Shown: positions 37,506 through 46,616 of the stretch, piece after piece
Numbering within the stretch: the stretch's first letter is position 1
Layout: the number at the start of each line of letters is the position of its first letter
From: Klebsiella phage vB_KppS-Samwise
Direction: 5' to 3' (one strand)
Length of the DNA: 49,597 bases
Sequence record: OY639337.1
The notes under the pieces: generated by a model
What the model was told of the DNA's origin: nothing
Seen by the model: the letters and a program-made list of their open reading frames with translations, nothing else
The model's database searches: none
Translations under genes and position numbers: made by a program

Positions 37506-37859
37506 TTGGCTAACCTGGAAATGTTTAAATGGTGTACACAAATCCAGAGCAGCGGCGGTAGCATGACCACTGAGGACAACGTTAGGGAGGTTGTTTTCGG
37601 TAACGGTTACACTCAAGTTGCATCCTCTGGATTCAACACGACAAAGCGGAGCTTTACGGTTGTGTACGCTGGCGCTGATTACAAGGATGTGATCAGCTTT
37701 ATGCAGAGGCATTTGATTAAGCCTTTCGCGTGGGTCGCTCCTGACGGAAATGCTGGATTATTCAGGGTTAAAACTGGAACAATCGCAGCTAAACCAATCT
37801 CCACAACCACTCAGGAGGTAACGGCAACTTTCACGGAGCAGTTTACAAGCATGACTTAA
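37506..37859 (+). CDS. Minor tail protein, lambda gpM-like
   Basis: Position and size, start of M-L-K-I-J order. Confidence 0.8.
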   Translation: MANLEMFKWCTQIQSSGGSMTTEDNVREVVFGNGYTQVASSGFNTTKRSFTVVYAGADYKDVISFMQRHLIKPFAWVAPDGNAGLFRVKTGTIAAKPISTTTQEVTATFTEQFTSMT

Positions 37860-37864
37860 TCGAA

Positions 37865-37901
37865 AGCCGCCTTTGTGCGGCTTTTTTATTGGTGCTACAA
37901 T
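37865..37901 (+). promoter_or_regulatory. Terminator AGCCGC...GCGGCT-T6 overlapping promoter TTGTGC-N17-TACAAT
   Basis: Direct reading. Confidence 0.6.
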
Positions 37902-37929
37902 ATGCAATCATCACAAAGGAGGTCTATCA

Positions 37930-38682
37930 ATGGCTACAGGCAAAGAAGAATTTGAGAACTGTTTACAGAGCCTTTATCCTGGCGAGATCATGACTCTTAT
38001 CGAGGTTGACGGCTCTAAGTTCGGCGCTGGCGTTTACAGATTCCACAATGAGAATGTGCAATACACGCCGGAGGAGATTATGAGGGCGGTTGAGAGCGGC
38101 ACGCTACCACCTAAGGAAATTATTTTCCAGGGCGAGGCATACGGTGCGCGGCCTTTCGGGATCACTGGTATCAGCTTTACAAGTGACGGCAAGGCCGGAA
38201 AGCCTGAGTTAACCCTGTCAAACATTGACAGCCAGGTATCCGCACTTATCCGATCATTTAATGGGATGATGCAAGCAAAGGTTACAATATGGGTCACGTC
38301 AAAAGAAATGATTCAGAGTGACGGCAGCGTAAAAGACGGCGCTTATCGTAAACTGGTCTACTACGTCGAGCGGCCTAGCTACTGCAACAAAAGCATAGCA
38401 CGCTTTGAGCTTACATCGCCGTATGATATGGATGGTATAATGATCCCTCCGCGAATCACTCAGAGCGTTTGCTATTGGGCGCAGCGCGGATGGTATCGAA
38501 GCGGAAAGGGTTGCGGCTATAACGGATCGCGAATGTTCGACAAGGACAATAACCCTGTAACGGATCCGAGCCTTGACCAATGCGCCGGAACAGCAACGGC
38601 GTGCAAACTGCGTTTTGGTGCGGATCAAGAGTTGGATTTTGGCGGCTGCGCCGTCGCATCACTTTTAAGGAGCTACCAATGA
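37930..38682 (+). CDS. Minor tail protein, lambda gpL-like
   Basis: Position; cysteines in C-terminal half; start MATGKEEFENC after AAGGAGG. Confidence 0.8.
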   Translation: MATGKEEFENCLQSLYPGEIMTLIEVDGSKFGAGVYRFHNENVQYTPEEIMRAVESGTLPPKEIIFQGEAYGARPFGITGISFTSDGKAGKPELTLSNIDSQVSALIRSFNGMMQAKVTIWVTSKEMIQSDGSVKDGAYRKLVYYVERPSYCNKSIARFELTSPYDMDGIMIPPRITQSVCYWAQRGWYRSGKGCGYNGSRMFDKDNNPVTDPSLDQCAGTATACKLRFGADQELDFGGCAVASLLRSYQ

Positions 38683-39395
38683 TTAGCGCAAAAATTAAAC
38701 TGGAAATAATGCGCCACGCGCAGGACGTATACCCCGCCGAGTGTTGCGGGGTTGTAACCCAAAAGTCACGCGTCCAGCGATATCACCGAATCAAGAACGT
38801 GCATGATGATCCAGAAAATCATTTCTTGATGGACGCAGACGAGTACGCAGAAATTGAGGGCTGGGATCATGAAATTATCGCAATAGTTCACAGTCACACC
38901 GGAGACGGAGCAACCACTCTACCGAGCGCACACGATACTTGCATGTGCGATGAAATGGGCGTGACGTGGGTTATCGTTTCGTTGCCAGAAGGTGATATGC
39001 GCATGGTGGAACCTGCAACGCGTCCTCTGATTGGTCGCCCGTGGTCGCTCGGTTCGTATGATTGCTGGGGCTTGATTATGGCGTGGCACAAGGAGCAAGG
39101 CGTGATCTTGAATGACTTTCGCAAGCCTTACGAATGGTGGAAGCCGGAGCATGGCGAAAACCTCTACCAGGATAACTATCTGAAAGAGGGTTTCATTCCA
39201 ACAGGCAAGGAGCCGGAGCATGGCGATATGATCATAATGCAGCTTCAAGCGCCAGTATGGAACCATGCCGGAATCTACTTAGGTAACAATCAAATCCTGC
39301 ATCATGCTTTTGGCAAGCTATCAAGATCTGATATCTATTCTGGATGGTATCAGGAGCACACGGTAATGATTTGCAGACATAAGGAGCTAAAGTAA
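38679..39395 (+). CDS. Tail assembly protein, gpK-like, JAB/MPN plus NlpC/P60 domains
   Basis: AECCGVV..., IVHSHTGDGATTLPSAHD; GSYDCWGLIMAWHKEQG; HAGIYLG. Confidence 0.85.
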   Translation: MISAKIKLEIMRHAQDVYPAECCGVVTQKSRVQRYHRIKNVHDDPENHFLMDADEYAEIEGWDHEIIAIVHSHTGDGATTLPSAHDTCMCDEMGVTWVIVSLPEGDMRMVEPATRPLIGRPWSLGSYDCWGLIMAWHKEQGVILNDFRKPYEWWKPEHGENLYQDNYLKEGFIPTGKEPEHGDMIIMQLQAPVWNHAGIYLGNNQILHHAFGKLSRSDIYSGWYQEHTVMICRHKELK

Positions 39396-39994
39396 TGCAG
39401 ACACTAAAGAGAATTAAGCTTTCTGGCTCGCTGGGGCGGCGTTTCGGCGTTTTTCATGAGTTAGCCGTTGAATCATACCCCGAAGCGATTCGTGCGCTCT
39501 CCGTGGCGCTGGAGGGCTTTAAAGACTATATGCAAAGTGAAGTTGGATCGCGTATGCACTACGCTGTTTTTGTTGACGGGAAAAATGTAGGTCAGTATGA
39601 CGAAAAGGCGTGGAAGTGCGGCAAGGAAATACGAATCATCCCGATCCCGTCCGGCTCAAAATCTGGCGGATTGTTCCAGGTTGTTTTAGGCGCAGCAATT
39701 ATGGCTACGGCGTTCTTTACTGGCGGTGCATCGCTTGCCGCAATGGGCGCTCTCGCCTCCTCAGCGTTCATGATGGGCGGCGCGATGGTTTTGGGCGGTG
39801 TTATGCAGATGATATCACCACAGCGTGGAGGAATTCAGATGGAAGTAAAGAGCACGGAAAATAAGCCGTCCTACGCGTTCGGCGGTGCTGTAAACACAAC
39901 AGCAGCAGGTTATCCGCTACCGCTGCCATACGGCTATAGAACGGTTGGCGGCGCTATCTGGAGTTCAGGAAGCTACGCAGAGGACAAAGTATAA
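39395..39994 (+). CDS. Tail assembly protein, gpI-like
   Basis: Position; Gly/Ala hydrophobic C-terminal region typical of the family. Confidence 0.8.
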   Translation: MQTLKRIKLSGSLGRRFGVFHELAVESYPEAIRALSVALEGFKDYMQSEVGSRMHYAVFVDGKNVGQYDEKAWKCGKEIRIIPIPSGSKSGGLFQVVLGAAIMATAFFTGGASLAAMGALASSAFMMGGAMVLGGVMQMISPQRGGIQMEVKSTENKPSYAFGGAVNTTAAGYPLPLPYGYRTVGGAIWSSGSYAEDKV

Positions 39995-40000
39995 AACAAG

Positions 40001-40063
40001 CCCCGCATTGCGGGGTTTTTTATTGGTTGCTATAATGCAACCTCAAAACAGCACAAATTGTTA
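40001..40063 (+). promoter_or_regulatory. Terminator CCCCGC-att-GCGGGG-T6 overlapping promoter TTGCGG-N17-TATAAT; recurrent site CAGCACAAATTGTTA (40049-40063) about +7 to +21
   Basis: Direct reading. Confidence 0.7.
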
Positions 40064-40081
40064 AAACTGGAGGCCAAAACT

Positions 40082-43000
40082 ATGATAAGCGGCAATAAGG
40101 GCGGCTCCTCTAAGCCGTATACGCCAAAGGAGATGGAGGATAACCTGATCTCCATCAACAAAATCAAGATCCTCCTGGCGGTTTCAGACGGAGAGGTAGA
40201 CGGCGAGTTTTCGCTAAAAAATCTCTATCTTGACGATGTGCCAGTGCAAAACGCAGATGGATCGCTTAACTATAGCGGTGTTAGTGCTGAGTTCCGGCCA
40301 GGCACTCAAACGCAGGACTACATCAAGGGATTTTCAGACACGTCAAGCGAAATCACGATTCAGCGAGATCTGGCGCAGAATAACCCTTACAGCATTGCGG
40401 TAACAAACAAATCACTATCTGCTATCAGGATCAAAATCCTGATGCCTCAGGGCTACAAGCAGGAGAATAACGGCGATCTGGTTGGTGTATCAGTGCAATA
40501 CGCGGTTGATATGGCTGTAGATGGCGGCTCATTCCAGCGAGTTCTTACTGATACGATTACTGGCAAGACAACAAGCGGCTACGACCGAAGCCAGCGAATC
40601 GACCTGCCAGCATTCAACGAGCAGGTGATTTTGCGCGTTAGCCGAATCACGCCGGACTCTAACACAAGCCGAGTTGTTGACGCGATCAGATTGCAGAGCT
40701 ATGCGGAGGTTGTTGATGCAAAATTCCGTTACCCTCTGACTGGTCTTGTTTATGTTGAGTTTGATAGCGAGCTTTTCCCGACTCAGCTACCGAACATTTC
40801 TATCAAGAAGAAATGGAAGCTGATCAAGGTTCCTGTTAACTACGATCCAGATTCGCGCACCTATAGCGGATCATGGAATGGTTTATTCAAGACGGCGTGG
40901 AGCAATAACCCTGCCTGGGTTCTGTATGACCTGATCACCAATCAGCGCTACGGGCTAGACCAAAGGGAGCTTGGGATTGAAATCGACAAGTGGAGCATCT
41001 ACGAGGCGGCTCAGTATTGCGATCAGATGGTTCCCGATGGTAAGGGCGGTTTAGAGCCTCGCTATCTTTGTGATGTGGTTATCCAGAGCCAGATTGAGGC
41101 GTTTAACCTTATCCGCGATATTTGCTCAATCTTCCGTGGTATGAGCTTTTGGAACGGCGAGAGCCTTTCTATCGTGGTGGATAAGCCGCGTGATCCGTCT
41201 TACATTTTCAGTAATGACAACGTGGTAAACGGTGATTTTCAGTACACCTTTGCGAGCGAGAAAAGCATGTACACACAGTGCAACGTGACTTTCGACGACG
41301 AGCAAAACATGTACAGCCAGGATATTGAGGGCGTTTTCGATACTGAGGCCGCTTTGCGTTTTGGTCACAATCCGACAAGCATCACCGCAATCGGATGCAC
41401 ACGACGCAGCGAGGCGAACCGCCGAGGGCGCTGGATTCTCAAAACCAACCTGCGCAGCACTACGGTAAACTTTGCAACTGGTCTTGAGGGCATGATCCCG
41501 ACAATCGGAGACGTGATCGCAATCGCGGATAACTTCTGGGCTAGCAATTTGACGCTTAATCTTTCGGGGCGCGTCATGGAGGTTTCAGGGCTGCAAGTTT
41601 TCCTCCCGTTCCGAGTTGATGCGCGGCCTGGTGATTTTATCCTGATCAACAAGCCGGACGGAAAGCCAGTTAAGCGCACTATCTCACGAGTTAGCGCAGA
41701 CGGGAAAACTATTGAGTTAAACGTTGGCTTTGGTTTCGACGTTAAGCCGGACACGGTTTTTGCAATCGACAGGACTGATCTTGCGTTGCAACAGTACATT
41801 GTTACCGGAATCACCAGGGGCGACGATACGGAGCAATTCACGTACTCAATAACGGCGGTCGAATACGATCCAAACAAGTACGACGAAATTGATTACGGAG
41901 TGAACATTGACGACAGACCAACAAGCATTGTAAACCCTGGCGTGATGAAAGCGCCTGAGAATGTCCAAGTGTCCTCTTACTCTCGCATTGTTCAGGGGCA
42001 GAGCGTAGAGACGATGGTTGTTAGCTGGGATAAGGTCGAATATGCAAGCTTGTACGAGGTGCAATGGAGAAAGGACAATAGCAACTGGCTAAACGTTCCT
42101 CAGACTGCAAACAAAGAGGTTAGCGTTGAGGGTATTTACTCAGGAAACTACTTTGTGAGGGTGCGATCTGTTTCTGCATCCGGCAGCACTTCCCCGTGGT
42201 CTGAGATTGTATCGGCTGCGCTGACTGGTAAGGTTGGAGAGCCTAGCGCACCAATAAACCTAACTGCCTCTGACGATGAAATTTTCGGGATTCGCGTCAA
42301 GTGGGGTATGCCAGAAGGATCGGGCGACACTGCATACATTGAGCTACAGCAAGCGCCAGACGTTGACGGGATGGTTAGCGAGGAAAACGCAACTCTGCTA
42401 ACTCTCGTTCCGTATCCTCAAATGGAGTATTGGCACGCAACGTTAAGCCCTGGATATATCAACTGGTATCGAGTGCGAAGCGTTGACAGGATCGGAAACG
42501 TGTCTGCATGGACTGACTTTGTGCGCGGTATGTCGTCAACTAACGTTGATGATATTTTAGGCGACATTCTTGATGATATTTTAAACTCTGCTGGGTTTGA
42601 TGAGTTCAAAGAGAATGCCGTAGATACTGCAAACAAGGTTAAAGACCAGGCACAAAGCGTGATCCAGAATGCGCTAGCGATTGATACCAATCTGCGCTGG
42701 AACCGAGTAGAAAACGGGAAGCGTAAAGCTGAGCACGGACAGGCTCTTGAGCTTATCGCAAACGAGACTGAGGCGAGAATCCAGGCGGTTGACATTCTCC
42801 GTACTGAGTTTGACGAGGGAATTTCCTCAAGCATCACAGAGGTTAAAACCCTTATCTCTAACGAGTCGGAGACGCGAGCGCAGCAGGTGCAGCAGCTTGA
42901 ATCTACGTTCACAACCGAGATCGGAAAGACAAACGCAAACGTGAGTAGCGCACAGCAAGCGATTGCAAACGAGACTGAGGCAAGGACTCAGGCGGTTAGC

Positions 43001-43618
43001 TCTCTAGATGCCAAATTCTCAGGGCAGATTGACGGCGTGAATCAAGAAATCGCGTCAAATATCAGCCAGGTTAACCAGGCGATTGCTAACGAGGCTTCCG
43101 CGCGATCCTCAGCAGATACGGCGTTATCTACTCGGATCGGAAACACTGAGTCGGCAGTAACGCAGAAACTTGACTCATGGATTGATAACGGTCAAGTTGG
43201 TGCTCAGTACGCACTCAAGCTTGGGATTAAGAGCGGCGGCCTTGAGTATACCTCTGGCGTCTCATTGTCTCTTGTGCAAACTGGATCCGGCGTTCAATCT
43301 CAATTCCTGGTAGATGCGTCTAGGTTTGGGGTAATGACTCAACAGGGAGGCAGCTACACATTGCCGTTTGTAGTTGATAATGGAACGGTTATCATGAATA
43401 CGGCGCTAATTAAAAACGGCTCTATAACCAACGCAATGATTGGTAACGTGATTCAGTCAAACGATTATGTTGCTGGTTATTCCGGTTGGAGGCTGGACAA
43501 AAACGGAAACCTTGAGATTAACGGCAGAGCCGGAAATGGCAGACTGACCATTAACAACAACATTATCGCGGTTTACGATGGTAATGGAGTCTTGAGGGTT
43601 CGAATGGGGTTGTTCTAA
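40082..43618 (+). CDS. Tail tip/host specificity protein, gpJ-like
   Basis: About 1178 aa; NPAWVLYDLITNQRYGL, fibronectin III-like segments, coiled C-terminus; start placed at MISGNKGG after GGAGG. Confidence 0.9.
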   Translation: MISGNKGGSSKPYTPKEMEDNLISINKIKILLAVSDGEVDGEFSLKNLYLDDVPVQNADGSLNYSGVSAEFRPGTQTQDYIKGFSDTSSEITIQRDLAQNNPYSIAVTNKSLSAIRIKILMPQGYKQENNGDLVGVSVQYAVDMAVDGGSFQRVLTDTITGKTTSGYDRSQRIDLPAFNEQVILRVSRITPDSNTSRVVDAIRLQSYAEVVDAKFRYPLTGLVYVEFDSELFPTQLPNISIKKKWKLIKVPVNYDPDSRTYSGSWNGLFKTAWSNNPAWVLYDLITNQRYGLDQRELGIEIDKWSIYEAAQYCDQMVPDGKGGLEPRYLCDVVIQSQIEAFNLIRDICSIFRGMSFWNGESLSIVVDKPRDPSYIFSNDNVVNGDFQYTFASEKSMYTQCNVTFDDEQNMYSQDIEGVFDTEAALRFGHNPTSITAIGCTRRSEANRRGRWILKTNLRSTTVNFATGLEGMIPTIGDVIAIADNFWASNLTLNLSGRVMEVSGLQVFLPFRVDARPGDFILINKPDGKPVKRTISRVSADGKTIELNVGFGFDVKPDTVFAIDRTDLALQQYIVTGITRGDDTEQFTYSITAVEYDPNKYDEIDYGVNIDDRPTSIVNPGVMKAPENVQVSSYSRIVQGQSVETMVVSWDKVEYASLYEVQWRKDNSNWLNVPQTANKEVSVEGIYSGNYFVRVRSVSASGSTSPWSEIVSAALTGKVGEPSAPINLTASDDEIFGIRVKWGMPEGSGDTAYIELQQAPDVDGMVSEENATLLTLVPYPQMEYWHATLSPGYINWYRVRSVDRIGNVSAWTDFVRGMSSTNVDDILGDILDDILNSAGFDEFKENAVDTANKVKDQAQSVIQNALAIDTNLRWNRVENGKRKAEHGQALELIANETEARIQAVDILRTEFDEGISSSITEVKTLISNESETRAQQVQQLESTFTTEIGKTNANVSSAQQAIANETEARTQAVSSLDAKFSGQIDGVNQEIASNISQVNQAIANEASARSSADTALSTRIGNTESAVTQKLDSWIDNGQVGAQYALKLGIKSGGLEYTSGVSLSLVQTGSGVQSQFLVDASRFGVMTQQGGSYTLPFVVDNGTVIMNTALIKNGSITNAMIGNVIQSNDYVAGYSGWRLDKNGNLEINGRAGNGRLTINNNIIAVYDGNGVLRVRMGLF

Positions 43619-43624
43619 CAGAAA

Positions 43625-43652
43625 AGGGAGCCTTGCGGCTCCCTCTTTTTTT
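43625..43652 (+). terminator. Intrinsic terminator after gpJ-like gene
   Basis: AGGGAGCC-ttgc-GGCTCCCT followed by CT7. Confidence 0.8.
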
Positions 43653-43983
43653 ACATCAATTTGTTATGGTCAACAGGTGCTCTGTTTGTTTGCTTGGTGA
43701 TCATATCGAGCTTGTATTCATCGCCGTGATTCCACTCGAAGCGAAGGGTATACGTGTTAACGTCACCGTAGCACATTACGTGCTTAAATTTACGCAAGTG
43801 CTTGTCAAAGATCACGTTTGTGCTTTCCTCAATCTTCACCGTTCGATCCGGGCAGTTTACAACGGCGACGGTTGAGCCAGTAAGAGACATTCTGGAAGCG
43901 TCAACCGGATAGCCGATATTAACGTTCAAAGCCATAGCGTTTAAAGGCGCTACAAGAGCCATAGCGAGCATGATTTTTTTCAT
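43651..43983 (-). CDS. Small exported protein with signal peptide; candidate superinfection-exclusion (Cor-like) factor by position only
   Basis: MKKIMLAMALVAPLNAMALNVNIG...; adjacent to gpJ-like gene, own promoter. Confidence 0.6.
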   Translation of the reverse strand: MKKIMLAMALVAPLNAMALNVNIGYPVDASRMSLTGSTVAVVNCPDRTVKIEESTNVIFDKHLRKFKHVMCYGDVNTYTLRFEWNHGDEYKLDMITKQTNRAPVDHNKLM

Positions 43984-44014
43984 TGGTATTTCCTCTATTC
44001 GTTGATTTGAATTG

Positions 44015-44057
44015 ATTATAGACACCAATCAGGACGGATGTTTAGCAATTCGTGCTA
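44015..44057 (-). promoter_or_regulatory. Site TAGCACGAATTGCTA + N22 + TATAAT
   Basis: Direct reading of minus strand. Confidence 0.7.
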
Positions 44058-44708
44058 TTAGTTCCATCCGAGGAATTTAGCCATTGGGATCTTAAGGTTT
44101 CCGCGCCCGTTGAAAATATCGTTAAAACCTCGCTGATTCCGCCTTATCCACGTTGTCTGCAATTCCGAGCCAGTCCAGCGCATTAGGTTTCCAGAATATC
44201 CGCTAACAACGCCGTCGTCGCTGACCTCACCCAAGCATGACTCCCATAAAAAGAATGGGTTGTAACCAGGGTAAACGCTAGCAATGTTGCCCTCAAGAGG
44301 CCAGTTTCCGGCAACCTCAAGGAATCCAGTCACGCAAGGCATTGAAGCAGCGCCAACGGCAGACCAGATCAATTGACCCGAACCGTCGAAAACGTCAAGC
44401 GCTCCAGATGGAAAGTTGGCGTTTCTCGTTGTCCTGATAACGCGTATTGAGTTAGGGAGGAATGAGTTATCTCCAGGTAATCCCCAAGCGCCGTTAAAAA
44501 GGAATTGCACCCAATGCAAATAGCCGTCCTGCTTCCAGTAGTTTTGGTTTAGCGATGCCAGTGCGCTAAGGTTTCCAAACGGGGTGTTTAAATTGTAATC
44601 GCCAGTGTTTAAATATGTTGGGGTGTACGACGAATGATAGATCGTGTGTTTCTGATCTGAATTAATCATCATCGCGCCAGAGTTATTGTATACCTCAAAA
44701 CCAGGCAT
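44058..44708 (-). CDS. Hypothetical protein, likely virion/tail accessory
   Basis: MPGFEVYNNSGAMMI start pattern shared with the next gene. Confidence 0.55.
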   Translation of the reverse strand: MPGFEVYNNSGAMMINSDQKHTIYHSSYTPTYLNTGDYNLNTPFGNLSALASLNQNYWKQDGYLHWVQFLFNGAWGLPGDNSFLPNSIRVIRTTRNANFPSGALDVFDGSGQLIWSAVGAASMPCVTGFLEVAGNWPLEGNIASVYPGYNPFFLWESCLGEVSDDGVVSGYSGNLMRWTGSELQTTWIRRNQRGFNDIFNGRGNLKIPMAKFLGWN

Positions 44709-44717
44709 ATTACCTCC

Positions 44718-45017
44718 CTAATTAAATTTATAAACTTCAATATCCATAACCACATCGCTAAACGGGTTGCTGGTTGGTAGATATATCACATCAACCGCAC
44801 CATCCCGCGTAACGCACGCGTAAGAGCCTCCTATGTAGACGTTAGACCACTTTATAGCGGCAAACGAGTTGTAGCCGTTTATACCACCAACGGCAAACGA
44901 AACAATCGCGGTTGTTCGAGGGAATACTATTTGCTGGCGATGCACAAAGCGAGTGCTGAAATCGCCCAGGTCAACAATCAGATTCCCCGATGCATCCCAC
45001 GCTTGAAGTCCAGACAT
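44718..45017 (-). CDS. Hypothetical protein, likely virion/tail accessory
   Basis: MSGLQAWDASGNLIV. Confidence 0.55.
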   Translation of the reverse strand: MSGLQAWDASGNLIVDLGDFSTRFVHRQQIVFPRTTAIVSFAVGGINGYNSFAAIKWSNVYIGGSYACVTRDGAVDVIYLPTSNPFSDVVMDIEVYKFN

Positions 45018-45108
45018 AATGCCACCTCACTAGCTTGCTTGTTGAGTGCATTTAATATACAGGCTCGGCGTAATCATTTCAATAACAAGTGAGAATCCTT
45101 GCTGTTAT

Positions 45109-45285
45109 TGTTTTTCTTGTTTCTCGGTGTTTCCGATTGCGCCCACCGCAGAATCGCACAACGCTTCAGAACAGAAAAAACAAAATGAATCATCTATAAT
45201 ATATAATAAAATCAATAGTTTAGTTTATATGTATTTGTATGTTGTTATTTATTGTTTCTGCTGTTTCAGTTACTTTGATTGTCTT
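45109..45285. repeat. Copy 2 of the duplicated structured non-coding region
   Basis: Matches 14821-15005; TCGG-tgttt-CCGA and TGTTTTTCTTGTT/AACAGAAAAAACA inverted repeats. Confidence 0.65.
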
Positions 45286-45498
45286 GCTCTCTGCTTGCAA
45301 ATCTATATGTTAAATTGCTGTTAAATTAATCTAGTGATTTTCATGATGATAGATACATTGACGAGAGAGAAAAACCCACCGCAAATCCGTGAACAATGAA
45401 ACAAAAAATAACGACGTTTAAAATCATGCACTTAAGCGCTGATTTTGTTATCGAGGCTGAAAGATGTGTTTTGAGAACAGAAAAAACAATTGATGGTA

Positions 45499-45526
45499 TT
45501 GACTAAACGCCACAAATGGCTACAAT
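45499..45526 (+). promoter_or_regulatory. Conventional sigma70-like promoter TTGACT-N16-TACAAT for the recombination cassette
   Basis: Direct reading. Confidence 0.65.
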
Positions 45527-45556
45527 GCACGTATACAAACACACAGGAGCGAAAGA

Positions 45557-46615
45557 ATGAGTGAGTTTAAGGTTTTCACTAGCGCAGAAATGCCGAACGA
45601 GGTTTATCACGATCCGAATAGCTGGACTGCTGAGTACACAAGCGGATCGAATCTGGCTGAGGTTTTCCAGTCCTCCCCAGCGTCTTGGAAATTCAAGGAG
45701 CGAGACGAAAACGCAAAGCCGCTAATTTTCGGCACTCAGTCGCATACAAACTTTGAGAGCAAAGCATTGTTTGAAGCTCAATATCGCAGAGCGCCAGCGC
45801 CGGAGGACTTCAAGGATCTGATTACCAGCCAAACGGATCTCGCTGCGAAATTGAAATCTTTCGGCCTGAAAGGTACAAGCGGGAAGCAATATCCAGACCT
45901 GATCAAGATGATGGTTGATTGTGGTGAGGATTTGCAGGTTCAATGGCTGATTGAAATGATCGCAGAATCCGAAGCGCGTGCGGATGGAGTTGAGCTTGTA
46001 AACGCAAAAGATTATGACGCTTGTGTAGCCATGCGCCAGGTTCTTGAGTCGATACCGGAGCATAACGCGTGCATGAACAGCCAAACCGCGCAGCGAGAGC
46101 TTTCGATTTTCGGCGTTATCAACGGGGTCAAGGTAAAAGTCAGACTGGATCACATTGACGAATGCGAAAACGTAGAGTTTACGCTAATAACTGGATATGA
46201 CGACAAAGGACAGCCTATTTGCGAGGACGTTGTTTATCATGAGGCTATTGTGATCACGGACTACAAAACCACAATGAGCGCCAACCCTCTCGAATTTGAG
46301 CGCCTGGCATTCAATCACGGCTACTATTTGAAAATGGCATTGCAGCATGATTTATTCCGCAAGGCTTACCCGAACGAAACGCGCCCCGTAGTGGTTAGAC
46401 TGCTGGCGCAGGAGAAGAAAAAGCCTTACTTGCCGCTGGCATACCGCATGAACAGCGAGCAACTCAAGATCGGGCGCATTCAGTACATGAGCGTGATCAA
46501 TCAGTTTGCAATGTGCCAGGCGCATAACATCTGGCCTTCATACGCAAACGGAGCGCCGGAGGTTTCGCTAACTACTCCTGATTTTGTGCGCCGCCAATAC
46601 AAAGAATTTCTGTAA
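45557..46615 (+). CDS. Exonuclease VIII/RecE C-terminal-like PD-(D/E)XK nuclease
   Basis: VYHDPNSWTAEYTSGSNLAEVFQSSPASWKF; KVRLDHI; EAIVITDYKTT...YYLKMALQHDLFR. Confidence 0.85.
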   Translation: MSEFKVFTSAEMPNEVYHDPNSWTAEYTSGSNLAEVFQSSPASWKFKERDENAKPLIFGTQSHTNFESKALFEAQYRRAPAPEDFKDLITSQTDLAAKLKSFGLKGTSGKQYPDLIKMMVDCGEDLQVQWLIEMIAESEARADGVELVNAKDYDACVAMRQVLESIPEHNACMNSQTAQRELSIFGVINGVKVKVRLDHIDECENVEFTLITGYDDKGQPICEDVVYHEAIVITDYKTTMSANPLEFERLAFNHGYYLKMALQHDLFRKAYPNETRPVVVRLLAQEKKKPYLPLAYRMNSEQLKIGRIQYMSVINQFAMCQAHNIWPSYANGAPEVSLTTPDFVRRQYKEFL

Positions 46616-46616
46616 A

